The notes under the pieces were generated by a model. It had not been told where the DNA came from. It ran no database searches and saw only the letters and a list, made by a program, of their open reading frames with translations. Shown here in pieces: positions 1-10,966 of a stretch of 64,000 bases of DNA (within the stretch, counting starts at the first letter, position 1; every line of letters begins with the position of its first letter). The translations under genes and the position numbers were made by a program. Source of the stretch: an uncultured Acidobacteriota bacterium (lineage in GTDB: Bacteria > Acidobacteriota > Thermoanaerobaculia > UBA5066 > DATFVB01); assembly GCA_963813155.1 (NCBI GenBank), contig CAWEYG010000003.1:608001-672000 (forward strand), read 5' to 3'.

Positions 1-603
1 CGGGTCGAGCTTCCCGTCGAAGACCATTCGAGTGTTCAGGATCTCGAAATGTCCCCCGAATCCGCGGTTCACGTACCTCACGGGAAAAGGACGGTCTTCG
101 CGAAGCCAGACCGTTCCCTCCCATACCACCCGAAGCAACCCGTCCCGAAAACGAAACGCGTACTTCACGGTCCGGACCCCTTCGATCGTGTCATAGCCGG
201 CGAACTGGAAATGTCCGGCCTTGAACATTTCCGGAAGAACCCGGAGCACCTCCAGAGCGTCCGGTTCTCCCGTGACGCGCGGGCTGCCGGCAAAGACCCC
301 CTTCTTGCCCTCTTTCGACTCCGCGTCCCACTGATAGGCGCTGCCGCCGCCCACGAGCAGGAAGGAGACTTTTCCCTGGCTGGTCATTTCCTTCAGGATG
401 CCGAGCGGGGAAATCCAGTACCGCGACGAGAGCGACGGGCCCGTCTCCCATCGAAGAAGGGAGCTGAACGTGGCGCTCTGGAACGGATAGGCACCCACGG
501 CGGCCGGCTTTGGCACCGTCTTCGGCGGAGCCGGGTTGCACGCGGCGGACCCGAGAAGGGCGGCCGCGAAGAGAAGGCGTGAGGGAGTCAGACGAAACGG
601 CAT
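1..603 (-). CDS. Putative lipoprotein, possibly LolA-like/DUF4412-like beta-sheet fold; 3' end runs off the window
   Basis: Missing from the ORF track because it has no stop in the window. ATG at 603 overlaps the hemW end. Reads MPFRLTPSRLLFAAALLGSAA-C (lipobox), later GYDTIEGVRTVKY..GTVWLREDRPFPVRY; frame open to position 1. Confidence 0.65.
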   Translation of the reverse strand, partial: MPFRLTPSRLLFAAALLGSAACNPAPPKTVPKPAAVGAYPFQSATFSSLLRWETGPSLSSRYWISPLGILKEMTSQGKVSFLLVGGGSAYQWDAESKEGKKGVFAGSPRVTGEPDALEVLRVLPEMFKAGHFQFAGYDTIEGVRTVKYAFRFRDGLLRVVWEGTVWLREDRPFPVRYVNRGFGGHFEILNTRMVFDGKLDP

Positions 604-1730
604 AACACCTCGCTGGAGACGAGAAAACCCGCTTCCGACAGAGCGTAATGTCCCTGCCGGCGGACGATGAGCCCGTCCTCGACCCATTGTTGCCAGTCGC
701 TCCGCAGCCGGGAGTCCCCGTGCCGTGCGAGCCACGAATCCAGGTCCGCGGCGGGAACCCCTTCCGCCGTCCGGGCGCCGAGGAAAATCCGCTCCCGGGC
801 CGCTTCGTCGCCGCCGACCTCGCGATCGGACGCGGACGGGCGAATCCCCGCCTCGAGCCGGTCGATGTAGAGCCGAAGCGAAGCCGTATTCGCGCGCCGC
901 CGGCCGTTCCAGAATTCGTGCGCGGAAACCCCGAAGCCGAGCGTCGGCGATCGGCTCCAGTACTTCGAGTTGTGCCGGGCGCGCCGCCCCGGAAGAGCCC
1001 AGCTCGAGACTTCGTAGTGATCGAAACCGCGGCGCCGAAGCGACTCCGAGGCCTTCAGGTAGAGAGCTGCCTGCGCGTCGTCGGAAAGGTAATGCCCGGG
1101 ACGCGCTCGCCGGTCCTCCGCGAGACGGTGCGCCTGGTCGAGCTCGAGCAGATAGATCGAGACGTGGCCGGCGCCCGAGGAAACGACCTCATCGACGTCG
1201 GAGAGAAACGCCTCTCCGGACTGCCCGGGGAGGCCGAGAATGAGATCCGCCGAGACCTCCATTCCGGACCTGGCGGCGTCCGCGAGGGCGGCCCGGGCGC
1301 GGTGCGCGGTGTGGACCCTTCCGATCTCCCGGAGCGCTCCGTCGTCAAACGCCTGAATGCCCAGCGAGAGTCGAGTCACGCCGCCGGCCAGCCACCCGGC
1401 GAGGGACGAGGGCGAAACGTCCTCAGGGTTCGCCTCGAGCGTGATCTCGGCGCCCGGAAGCATCGAAAACCGCGCCCGAAGATCGGCCAGGAGCGTCGAG
1501 ACCTCGTCCGGGGAGAGGCGGGAGGGCGTTCCGCCGCCGAAAGAGATGGAATCGAACTCCGCGCCCCTCGCTTCCGCCGCGACGATCTCGATCTCCCGGC
1601 GGAGGGCCCGGAAGTACGACGACCGCGTCGACTCCTCCGTCGAAATCGTGAACGAACAGTAGGAGCAGTGGCGGGCGCAATAAGGCCAGTGTACGTAAAT
1701 CCCCGCGGGACCGCCGGCGGCCGCCGTCAC
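588..1730 (-). CDS. hemW: Radical SAM heme chaperone HemW (HemN-like)
   Basis: GIYVHWPYCARHCSYCSF (CxxxCxxC), FGGGTPS, EITLEANP, HYEVSSW, HNSKYW. GTG start at 1730 overlaps the upstream TGA. Confidence 0.92.
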   Translation of the reverse strand: MTAAAGGPAGIYVHWPYCARHCSYCSFTISTEESTRSSYFRALRREIEIVAAEARGAEFDSISFGGGTPSRLSPDEVSTLLADLRARFSMLPGAEITLEANPEDVSPSSLAGWLAGGVTRLSLGIQAFDDGALREIGRVHTAHRARAALADAARSGMEVSADLILGLPGQSGEAFLSDVDEVVSSGAGHVSIYLLELDQAHRLAEDRRARPGHYLSDDAQAALYLKASESLRRRGFDHYEVSSWALPGRRARHNSKYWSRSPTLGFGVSAHEFWNGRRRANTASLRLYIDRLEAGIRPSASDREVGGDEAARERIFLGARTAEGVPAADLDSWLARHGDSRLRSDWQQWVEDGLIVRRQGHYALSEAGFLVSSEVLCRFV

Positions 1731-2713
1731 CGGGGCACCGCCTTCGGCTCTCCGATCGTTTCGTCGACGACCCGCCATTCGCGGGTCCCGGGAGAGACGA
1801 GCAGGCGCATGTTCCCCTGCCTCGCCAGCTCCGCGAGATCGCGGCCGAAATCTTCGATCCGCCGCGCCGCGCTGCGCAGCACCGACGCCTCCGGCTCGCC
1901 GGACCGGTCGGCCTCCGCGTCCAGCGCCTCCCGGGCTCGCAGGTTCGCCTCGAAATCGCGCCTCCCCCTCGGAAGGGGAACCCGCGCGGCCAGGCCCGCG
2001 GCGCCGGCCTCTTCCGCGAAGGCTAGGCGGGCGCGCGGGAGCTCGTCCGCCCAGTCTCGGTGATGGAGCTCGTCGAAATAGGAGTCGGACCGCTCCGGAA
2101 ACCGGGCCGCGAAATCCGAGTGAATCGCGGAGCGCGAGTAGCCGTCGGGGACGATTTCGAACGGCGCCACGAAGTCGAGCCGGGCCTCCCGGACGCGCGC
2201 GAGAAACGCCCGCAGGAACTCCCGCTCCGCCGTCCATCCGGGGATCAGCGGCAGCGCGACGCCGGCTTTTCCCTCTCTTCGCGAATCGAGGCGACCCCAG
2301 AGGCTCTCATCCTCGCTCGCTCGCCACGTCGCGATTCGGACGACATCCGGTCCGTCCGGGAGGTCCCGAAAGCCGCAAAGAGAATCGACGACGACCGAGC
2401 CCCTTCCCGAATCTCGGGCCGCTTCGATCGCCGCGGCGCCGGCGCCGTACACCTTCTCGCAAGCGGCGATCGGCCCGATCAGAACGGACCCGGGAGGGGC
2501 GGCGAAGAGCGTCTCTTCCCACCGCTCGGCGGAGTCGGGGCCAGCGGCGACTTCGATCTCTTCCGCCGCCTTCCGGTATCCGCCCTTCCAGGGATCCGCC
2601 CCGGGAAGATCGAGCCCGACGTACGGAATCATGCGGGTCCGGCTGCGGACGCCCGGAAACGGTGCGAATTCGCCCCGCCGGACGGCGGCGGGTCCCGTGG
2701 AGTAGAGGATCAT
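1727..2713 (-). CDS. Hypothetical protein; degenerate radical-SAM-like barrel with C-terminal HhH (PolX N-terminal-like) region
   Basis: ATGA overlap with the ribE stop and GTGA overlap with the hemW start. LPLIPGWT motif; C-terminal LRSAARRIEDFGRDLAELARQGNMRLL. CDS is confident, product is inferred. Confidence 0.6.
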   Translation of the reverse strand: MILYSTGPAAVRRGEFAPFPGVRSRTRMIPYVGLDLPGADPWKGGYRKAAEEIEVAAGPDSAERWEETLFAAPPGSVLIGPIAACEKVYGAGAAAIEAARDSGRGSVVVDSLCGFRDLPDGPDVVRIATWRASEDESLWGRLDSRREGKAGVALPLIPGWTAEREFLRAFLARVREARLDFVAPFEIVPDGYSRSAIHSDFAARFPERSDSYFDELHHRDWADELPRARLAFAEEAGAAGLAARVPLPRGRRDFEANLRAREALDAEADRSGEPEASVLRSAARRIEDFGRDLAELARQGNMRLLVSPGTREWRVVDETIGEPKAVPR

Positions 2714-3297
2714 CGGCGCTTCAGCAGCGATTCCGCGAATTTCGCCATCATGTCCGCTTCGAAGTTCAGGACATCCCCCGCCGAACGGTGCCGAAGCGTC
2801 GTCTCGCGCAGCGTGAACGGGATGACGGCGACGGAGAAACGATTCCCCCGAACGGCGATCGCCGTGAGCGAGATTCCGTCGAGCGCGACGGATCCCTTCT
2901 CGACGACGTAACGGGAAAGCCGCGCGGGAATCGAGAACGTCAGGACCCGGCCCTCGCCTTCCGGCCGGATGGATCGCACGAGCGCCAGGCCGTCGACATG
3001 CCCGGCGACGAGATGGCCGGAGAGCCGGTCGGACAACCGCACCGCCCTCTCGAGGTTCACCGGATCCCCTCGCCGAAGGATTCCGAGAGAGCTCTTCGCG
3101 AGCGTCTCGGGAGAGAGATCGGCGCGGAACAGCGGGCCGGCCGAGATCGCCGTGAGGCAGACGCCCGACACCGCAACGCTCTCGCCCTTTCGAAATTTCC
3201 CGAACCGGACCGGAGGCCGGATCTCGAGGCGGGCCCCGCCTTCCCGTTCGCTCCACTCGGCGACCTTGCCGACCGATTCGACGATGCCCGAAAACAT
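2710..3297 (-). CDS. ribE: Riboflavin synthase (alpha chain)
   Basis: MFSGIVESVG start, GESVAVSGVCLT, VNLERA, GHLVAGHVDG, KGSVALDGISLT. Confidence 0.96.
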   Translation of the reverse strand: MFSGIVESVGKVAEWSEREGGARLEIRPPVRFGKFRKGESVAVSGVCLTAISAGPLFRADLSPETLAKSSLGILRRGDPVNLERAVRLSDRLSGHLVAGHVDGLALVRSIRPEGEGRVLTFSIPARLSRYVVEKGSVALDGISLTAIAVRGNRFSVAVIPFTLRETTLRHRSAGDVLNFEADMMAKFAESLLKRR

Positions 3298-4376
3298 CAG
3301 GTCCGCCCCGTCACGAGGATGTCTCCCCCGATCTCTTCGACGCGGACCGCGCCGAGCGTCGACGCGCGCGACAGTCGGACGTCTCCCCCGCCGAGCAGCG
3401 GGTAGGAATCGCGCCCACCGAGGAGGCGGGGCGAATAGAAAATCGCCCACCGGTCGATCAGTTTCTTCCGATGAAATTCCGTCAACGTCGCCGTCCCCCC
3501 CTCGACGATCAATCCCGTCACCGACTCCCGGCCGAGACGGGCGAGGGCCTTTTTCAGATCGACCCGGCCGTCCCGGCCCGCGGCCACGACGACTTCGACG
3601 CCGAGGGACCGAAGCCGGCGTTCCTTGGCCGCGTTCGCACGCGACGTCCAGACTTCGACGCCCTCCGGTTCGCGGAAGATCTCGGCCGATTCCGGCACCG
3701 AAAAGCTCCCGTCCAGGACGATTCTCCTCTGGGGTGTCGTCCTGTTCCAGCCGAGCCGGCGGGTCAGCCGCGCCCGGTCCAGAACGGCGGTGCGGGCCCC
3801 GATCAGAACCGCGTCGAACTCCTCCCGCCATTCGAGCGATCGCCGGCGCGACTCCCGGCCCGAAATCCAGCGGGAGAACCCGCGAGAATCGGCGATGCGC
3901 CCGTCGAGCGTGGCGGCGACTTTCGCGAGGACGAAGGGGCGCCGCTCGGTCACCCACAGGTCGAACCGCTCGTTCTGAAGGGCCGATTCTTCGCGGAGAA
4001 GCCCGGCCTCGACCGCGAGGCCGGCGCGGCGGAGGAACCGAAGTCCCCGCCCGGCGACGACCGGATTCGGATCGCGCCTCGCGGCGACGACCCGCGCGAC
4101 TCCCGCTTCGACGATCGCCTTCGCGCACGGGCCCGTTCTCCCGCGGTGGGAGCACGGCTCGAGCGTCGTGTAGAGCGTCGAGCCTCGCGCGTCGTGCGCC
4201 GCCGCCCGGAGCGCCGCGATCTCCGCGTGGGGACCGCCGGCCCGGCGATGGAATCCTTCGCCGACGACCCGGCCCCGCCGGACGACCACGGACCCGACCA
4301 TCGGGTTCGGGGACGTCGAGTATCTTCCCCGCTCGGCGAGACGAAGGGCCCGGCGCATCCACTCCTCGTCGTTCAC
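3297..4376 (-). CDS. ribD: Bifunctional diaminohydroxyphosphoribosylaminopyrimidine deaminase/reductase
   Basis: PNPMVG, PHAE, TLEPCSHRGRTGPC, KVAATLDG, VEGG motifs. Confidence 0.96.
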   Translation of the reverse strand: MNDEEWMRRALRLAERGRYSTSPNPMVGSVVVRRGRVVGEGFHRRAGGPHAEIAALRAAAHDARGSTLYTTLEPCSHRGRTGPCAKAIVEAGVARVVAARRDPNPVVAGRGLRFLRRAGLAVEAGLLREESALQNERFDLWVTERRPFVLAKVAATLDGRIADSRGFSRWISGRESRRRSLEWREEFDAVLIGARTAVLDRARLTRRLGWNRTTPQRRIVLDGSFSVPESAEIFREPEGVEVWTSRANAAKERRLRSLGVEVVVAAGRDGRVDLKKALARLGRESVTGLIVEGGTATLTEFHRKKLIDRWAIFYSPRLLGGRDSYPLLGGGDVRLSRASTLGAVRVEEIGGDILVTGRT

Positions 4377-4380
4377 GGCT

Positions 4381-5304
4381 TCAGTCCAGAAGGGCCGCGG
4401 CGAATTCCCGCGGGTCGAACGGGATCAGGTCGTCCTGCCCCTCGCCGACGCCAACGGCCACGACGGGGATCCCGAGCTCGCGCAGTATCGCGAGAACGAT
4501 TCCTCCCTTGGCCGTTCCGTCGAGCTTCGTCAGGACGACGCCGGTCACGCCGGCCGCCTCGACGAACTTCTTGGCCTGCGCGAGCCCGTTTCCGCCGGTC
4601 GTCGCGTCGATGACCAGGAGACAGCGGTGGGGAGCGCCGGGGATCTCCCGGCCGGCGACGCGCCGCATTTTCGCGAGCTCCTCCATCAGATTGAACTTCG
4701 TGTGCAGCCTGCCGGCGGTGTCGACATACAGGACGTCCGCCCTGCGCGCCCGCGCCGCCGCGATCGCGTCGAACAGCACCGCGGCCGGATCCGATCCCTC
4801 GCGGTGTTTCACGACTTCGACTCCGATCCGGTCGCCCCAGGTCTGCAGCTGCTCGACCGCCGCGGCGCGAAACGTGTCGGCCGCCGCCAGGATCGCCTTT
4901 CGGCCGGCAGCCGCGTCCCGGGCGGCGAGTTTCGCGGCCGTCGTGGTCTTCCCCGTGCCGTTCACGCCGACGATGAACACCACTTCGGGAGATCCCGACG
5001 GCGGCGCTTCGCGGGGAGCCGCGGCGAGCAACGCGTCGATCTCCTCGCGGAGCAGGACCCTCAGCTGGGGAAGGTCCTCGGGACGATAGCGCTTCGCCCG
5101 GCCGGCGACGCCCGCGACCAGAACGGCGGCGGTCGGGGCCCCGACGTCGGCGGCGAGCAGCGCCTCCTCGAGGGTTTCGAGCACGCTCTCGTCGTAACCG
5201 AGGGTCTCCCGGACGGCCCCCTCGAGCTTCTCGAGGAGCTCCGTGTGGGTCATGAACAGACCGCGCTTGATCTTCGAAAAGAATCCGGAGGCCGGCTCGG
5301 CCAT
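4381..5304 (-). CDS. ftsY: SRP receptor FtsY (short form lacking the acidic domain)
   Basis: GVNGTGKTTT, DTFRAAA, DTAGR, TKLDGTAKGG. Confidence 0.97.
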   Translation of the reverse strand: MAEPASGFFSKIKRGLFMTHTELLEKLEGAVRETLGYDESVLETLEEALLAADVGAPTAAVLVAGVAGRAKRYRPEDLPQLRVLLREEIDALLAAAPREAPPSGSPEVVFIVGVNGTGKTTTAAKLAARDAAAGRKAILAAADTFRAAAVEQLQTWGDRIGVEVVKHREGSDPAAVLFDAIAAARARRADVLYVDTAGRLHTKFNLMEELAKMRRVAGREIPGAPHRCLLVIDATTGGNGLAQAKKFVEAAGVTGVVLTKLDGTAKGGIVLAILRELGIPVVAVGVGEGQDDLIPFDPREFAAALLD

Positions 5305-5312
5305 AGTGCTCC

Positions 5313-5672
5313 TCAGAGATTGGCGCGAAGCTGTTCGGCGGCGCGGCCGAGCTCTCGCCGGGCAAGGGACTGCGGGACGGCATCGCTCGCGAGGAGAACG
5401 ACGTAATAGCCGTCCTGGAGCGATTCCGTGAACACGCAGGAGTCGCCGAACTGGATCGTGAAGCTTCGGATCTCCCCCAGGCCGCAGCGCGCGAAAGCCC
5501 GGCCGAGGTCCCGAAGATAAATCCCCTGGTACGCCCCGATGACGCGGTGCGCGTGGTCGTCTCCGTCGCGGCGAGCGGCGACGACCGCCTCTCCCTCGTT
5601 GTCGAGCAGCACGGCCGCGTAAAGGCCCTCCAGCGCGGCGACGAGCGCCTCGAGGATCTTCTGAAGGATCAA
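5313..5672 (-). CDS. Roadblock/LC7 domain protein (MglC/MglB-like)
   Basis: 119 aa. AAVLLDNEGEAV and DGYYVVLL..ARRELGRAAEQLRANL pattern typical of roadblock proteins; lies within the operon. Confidence 0.75.
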   Translation of the reverse strand: MILQKILEALVAALEGLYAAVLLDNEGEAVVAARRDGDDHAHRVIGAYQGIYLRDLGRAFARCGLGEIRSFTIQFGDSCVFTESLQDGYYVVLLASDAVPQSLARRELGRAAEQLRANL

Positions 5673-5679
5673 GTCCGCC

Positions 5680-6438
5680 TCAGTGGGGTTTCTCCATGAG
5701 TTCCTGCCCGAGCAGCACGCGCGCCCGAACGGCCTCGGGAGCGTCGGGAGAGAGCTCGGAGATCCGCTGGAGGTAACGGCGCCCGAGCTCGTCCTGTTTC
5801 AGGGCGAGCAAGCCGGCGCCCACGCGGAACATTGCCTCGAGGTTGTCTTTCTTGATCCGGAGCGCGGCCAGGTAGTCCGTCACGGCTCCCCGCTCGTCGC
5901 GAAGGAGCTCCCGGCATTCTCCCCTCGCGATCAGGGCGTCGAACGACTCCGGGTCCAGCGCGATCGCGCGCGTCAGGGCGTCCTCCGATTCGGTGTACAG
6001 GCCGCGGCGCATCCTCGCCCGGCCGAGATTGATGAGAGCAGATTCCCTGTCGGCTGGAAGCGTTGACTCGAAAGCCTTCAGAAAGTCGGCCTCGGCGCCC
6101 GAAAGGTCGCCGAGCGCCATTCGCGCCGCCCCCCGGTTATTCAGATACGCGCCGCGAGAGGAGATCTGAAGGGCCTTGTCGAATTCCACGAGCGCCTCCT
6201 TGGCGCGGCCCAGCATCAGCAGCGAAAGGCCGTGCCCGTCGCGCATCTCGGGATTCTCGGGATCCTGGGGAATCGCCTTCTTGAAGGACGCCTCCGCGTC
6301 GACCGCGTTGCCCTGCTGAAGCAAGACCGTCGCCATCCGCTCGGTCAGGTACAGCTCCGACGGGGGCATTTTTTTCGCGCCGGTCTGGCAGGCGGCTGTG
6401 CAGAGCAGCGCGCCGAAAAGCGAGAGCGCCCGCCTCAT
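5680..6438 (-). CDS. TPR lipoprotein (PilF/PilW/Tgl pilotin-like)
   Basis: Lipobox CTAA-C; repeated TPR helices (YLNNRGAARMALG, ALINLGRARMRRG). Confidence 0.8.
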   Translation of the reverse strand: MRRALSLFGALLCTAACQTGAKKMPPSELYLTERMATVLLQQGNAVDAEASFKKAIPQDPENPEMRDGHGLSLLMLGRAKEALVEFDKALQISSRGAYLNNRGAARMALGDLSGAEADFLKAFESTLPADRESALINLGRARMRRGLYTESEDALTRAIALDPESFDALIARGECRELLRDERGAVTDYLAALRIKKDNLEAMFRVGAGLLALKQDELGRRYLQRISELSPDAPEAVRARVLLGQELMEKPH

Positions 6439-8141
6439 GCGACGGTCCGCGCGGCCTGGGGATGAGCGTCGAGAGGAATCAGATCGCCGTTCTCGTAGGC
6501 TTTCAGGAGAACGTCCGTCACGCGGGAGTCGAAGCGGCTGCCGGCCAGGCTCTGAATCCGCTGAATCACGTACGACACTTCCATCGCCTTCTGGTACGGC
6601 CGCGTCGTCGTCATCGCGTCAAAGGTGTCCGCCACGCTGACGATCCGCGCCTGGAAGGGGATCTCCTCGCCCTTCAGGCCGTCGGGATATCCTCCGCCTT
6701 CCCATTTCTCGTGGTGGTGCTTCATTCCGGGAATGATGTCCGCCAGCTGGGGAATCGCGGACATGATCGCGGCGCCCTTGGACGGGTGCTGCTTCATGAT
6801 CTCGAACTCTTCGTCCGTCAGGGCGGTGGGCTTGCGCAAAATGCGGTCGTCGATGCCGATCTTTCCGACATCGTGAAGGAGAGCCGACAGACGAATTCGC
6901 CGCACTTCTTCGGGCGGCAGCTCCATCGCACGCGCGATCGAAACGGCATAGCGGGCGACGCGCTCCGAGTGGCCCCGCGTGTAGGGGTCCTTCGCGTCGA
7001 TCGCCGCCGCGAGGGCGCGCACGGACGAAAGGAACAGCTCGTGGTTCTCGCGGGCGGCGCTCTTGAGCTCTCCCATCGCGGTCTCGATGGATTCGCTCAT
7101 CCGGTTGAACGAAAGCGACAGGTCGGCGATCTCGGCCGCGCCGCGCACCTCGACCCGATTTCCGTAGCGGCCCTCGGCGATCTCCCGCGCCTGTTGCGCG
7201 AGAGCGCGGATCGGCGAAGCGAGGCGCACGGCGATGAGAACGCCGACGCCGATCGCGAGCGCGAGCGCGAGAAGGCTCCAGAAGACGGTCTCGTTCGTCA
7301 TTTCCGCGACCGAGGCGAACGCGAGGCGCTGATCGCGTTCCACGAGCACCGCCCAATCGGGATTTTCCACCGGGACGATCGACCCGAGGAGCGACTGCCC
7401 TCCGGCGTCGTACGCCCGCGTGAGACGAGCGGGCGACTGACGATAGTCCGCGACGAGACCTCCGGCCGGGCGCGCTTTCGGGCGGTTCTTGGAAGTCAAA
7501 AGGATGTTTCCGTCCCGATCCAGAAGCGTGACCGTGATCTCCTGCCGGGCTTCGTCCTCGATCTGTCGCTCGACGGGGGCCCAGGAAACGAGGCCCTCCA
7601 CGACGCCGAGAACCTCGTCTTCCTGGCTGACGACCGGCTCCGCGAGGACCACGACGGCCCCCGGGAAACCGTCGGCGCGCACGGGCTTGCCCGAGAAACG
7701 GCGCCCGTCGCGAGCTTCGAGGTAGCCCTTGCGCAGCTCGTCGTCGATCGACGGCGGGAGATTCCGGGGACCGATCGCGCCGCCGCGCCCCTGCCGGTCG
7801 ATCGCCCGGAGCGCGAGAAACGTCGACCGCCCCTTGACGAAATCGGGAAGGATGCCGGCCTCCGAGGCGAACGGATTCTTTCCCGAGAGCGCCTCGGAAT
7901 ATTTCATGGTGTCGGCGAGCGTCGCCAGCTGTTCCTCGCTCGCCCGGTAGAAATTCGAGATGGATTGCGCGAGTCCGGCGGCCGACCGGGCGGTGTACTT
8001 CTTCTCCATCGTCTCGAGGCTGTCCCGGTTCCGGCCGATGAGAATCAGGTCCGAAATGACGAGAGGCGTCAGCGAGACGATCGCCAGGGCGCCCACGAAG
8101 AGCGCGAACAAGCGGATCCGGGGGGACTGGGCCTGACTCAC
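6435..8141 (-). CDS. Membrane HD-GYP c-di-GMP phosphodiesterase with periplasmic Cache-like sensor and HAMP domain
   Basis: TM-periplasmic-TM-HAMP (SPIRALAQQAREIAEG), then DAKDPYTRGHSERV, LLHDVGK, HHEKWEGGGYPDGL. GTG start at 8141. Confidence 0.9.
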   Translation of the reverse strand: MSQAQSPRIRLFALFVGALAIVSLTPLVISDLILIGRNRDSLETMEKKYTARSAAGLAQSISNFYRASEEQLATLADTMKYSEALSGKNPFASEAGILPDFVKGRSTFLALRAIDRQGRGGAIGPRNLPPSIDDELRKGYLEARDGRRFSGKPVRADGFPGAVVVLAEPVVSQEDEVLGVVEGLVSWAPVERQIEDEARQEITVTLLDRDGNILLTSKNRPKARPAGGLVADYRQSPARLTRAYDAGGQSLLGSIVPVENPDWAVLVERDQRLAFASVAEMTNETVFWSLLALALAIGVGVLIAVRLASPIRALAQQAREIAEGRYGNRVEVRGAAEIADLSLSFNRMSESIETAMGELKSAARENHELFLSSVRALAAAIDAKDPYTRGHSERVARYAVSIARAMELPPEEVRRIRLSALLHDVGKIGIDDRILRKPTALTDEEFEIMKQHPSKGAAIMSAIPQLADIIPGMKHHHEKWEGGGYPDGLKGEEIPFQARIVSVADTFDAMTTTRPYQKAMEVSYVIQRIQSLAGSRFDSRVTDVLLKAYENGDLIPLDAHPQAARTVA

Positions 8142-8148
8142 CCGAGTG

Positions 8149-8154
8149 ATTATA
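8149..8154 (-). promoter_or_regulatory. Putative -10 box (TATAAT) for a leaderless HD-GYP transcript
   Basis: Perfect TATAAT 7 nt upstream of GTG 8141, overlapping the aroB TAA; no SD. Confidence 0.55.
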
Positions 8155-9199
8155 AGGCGATCGAGGACAAAACGCGGCGCAGCGCGTCCTTCCATTCGTC
8201 CGTCGAAACCTCCCGGAGGCAGGGCGCGCCGGGCCGCTCCAGCAGGACCGCCGTGGTGGCCGCGGGAAGTGAACTTCTTGTCGTGCGACAGGGCGTTCCA
8301 GAGGTTGCGGTCCTCCGGGTCGATCCCCGCGGCGGCGGCCGGTTTCCCAACGAAGTTCGCGAGCTCTTCCGAGAGCCGCTCGGCCTCGCGCTCGGGAAAG
8401 CCCGCCCGGCTTGCCGAGAGAATCAGGGCCGCCGACATTCCGAGGGCAACGGCTTCCCCGTGGGTCAGGCGGCGGAAGCCCCCCTGGGCCTCGAGCGCGT
8501 GCCCGAGGGTATGCCCGAAGTTCAAATGGCGGCGTTCCCCCGCGTCCCTCGGATCGCGCGCGACGATCTCCTCCTTGATCCGGACGGCCGCGCGAAGAGC
8601 CTCGTCGACCTCCCGCCCTTCCGAGATCGCCTCGAGGCGCCCCGACATCATCCGCGTCATCCCGGCGTCGCCGACGAGGACGGTCTTGTAGACCTCGGCG
8701 AGCCCGCTTCGAAACTGGCGGGCGGGCAGTGTCGCAAGAAAATCCGGATCAATCACCACTCCCGCAGGCAGGTGAAAGCTTCCGATCAGGTTCTTTCCCG
8801 CGGGATGATCGATCGCCGTCTTGCCCCCGATCGCCGCATCGGCCATTCCGAGCAAGGTCGTGGGAATTGCGTACCACTCGACTCCGCGCAGCAGAACCGA
8901 GGCCGCAAATCCTGCGACGTCGGTCACGACGCCTCCGCCGGCCGCGACCACAAAATCGTCCCTCCGCGCTCCAGCCGCGAGGGCGGCGTCGAGAACGAAG
9001 CGGAGAGTGTCGAAGTTCTTCGCCTCCTCCCGGTCGTCGATCGCGATCTCGAAGGCTTCGCGGAACGAAAGGGCCTCGCGAAGGGCGGCTCCGTGGAGGC
9101 GCAGCACTTCGCCCGACGAGACGAGAAACGCGCGGCCGGAAGGAAACCCGAACGCCCCGCCGAAGCCCCGGATCTCTCCCCTGCCGAATCGGATGGACG

Positions 9200-9203
<4 letters not shown>
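8150..9203 (-). CDS. aroB: 3-dehydroquinate synthase (one apparent +1 frameshift near 8259)
   Basis: GGGVVTDVAGF, PTTLLGMADAAIGGKT, LNFGHTLGHALE, THGEAVALGM, HDKK. C-terminus TTAVLLERPG continues in ORF 8150..8350; span 1054 nt = 3n+1. Confidence 0.92.
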
Positions 9204-10962
<1,759 letters not shown>

Positions 10963-10966
<4 letters not shown>

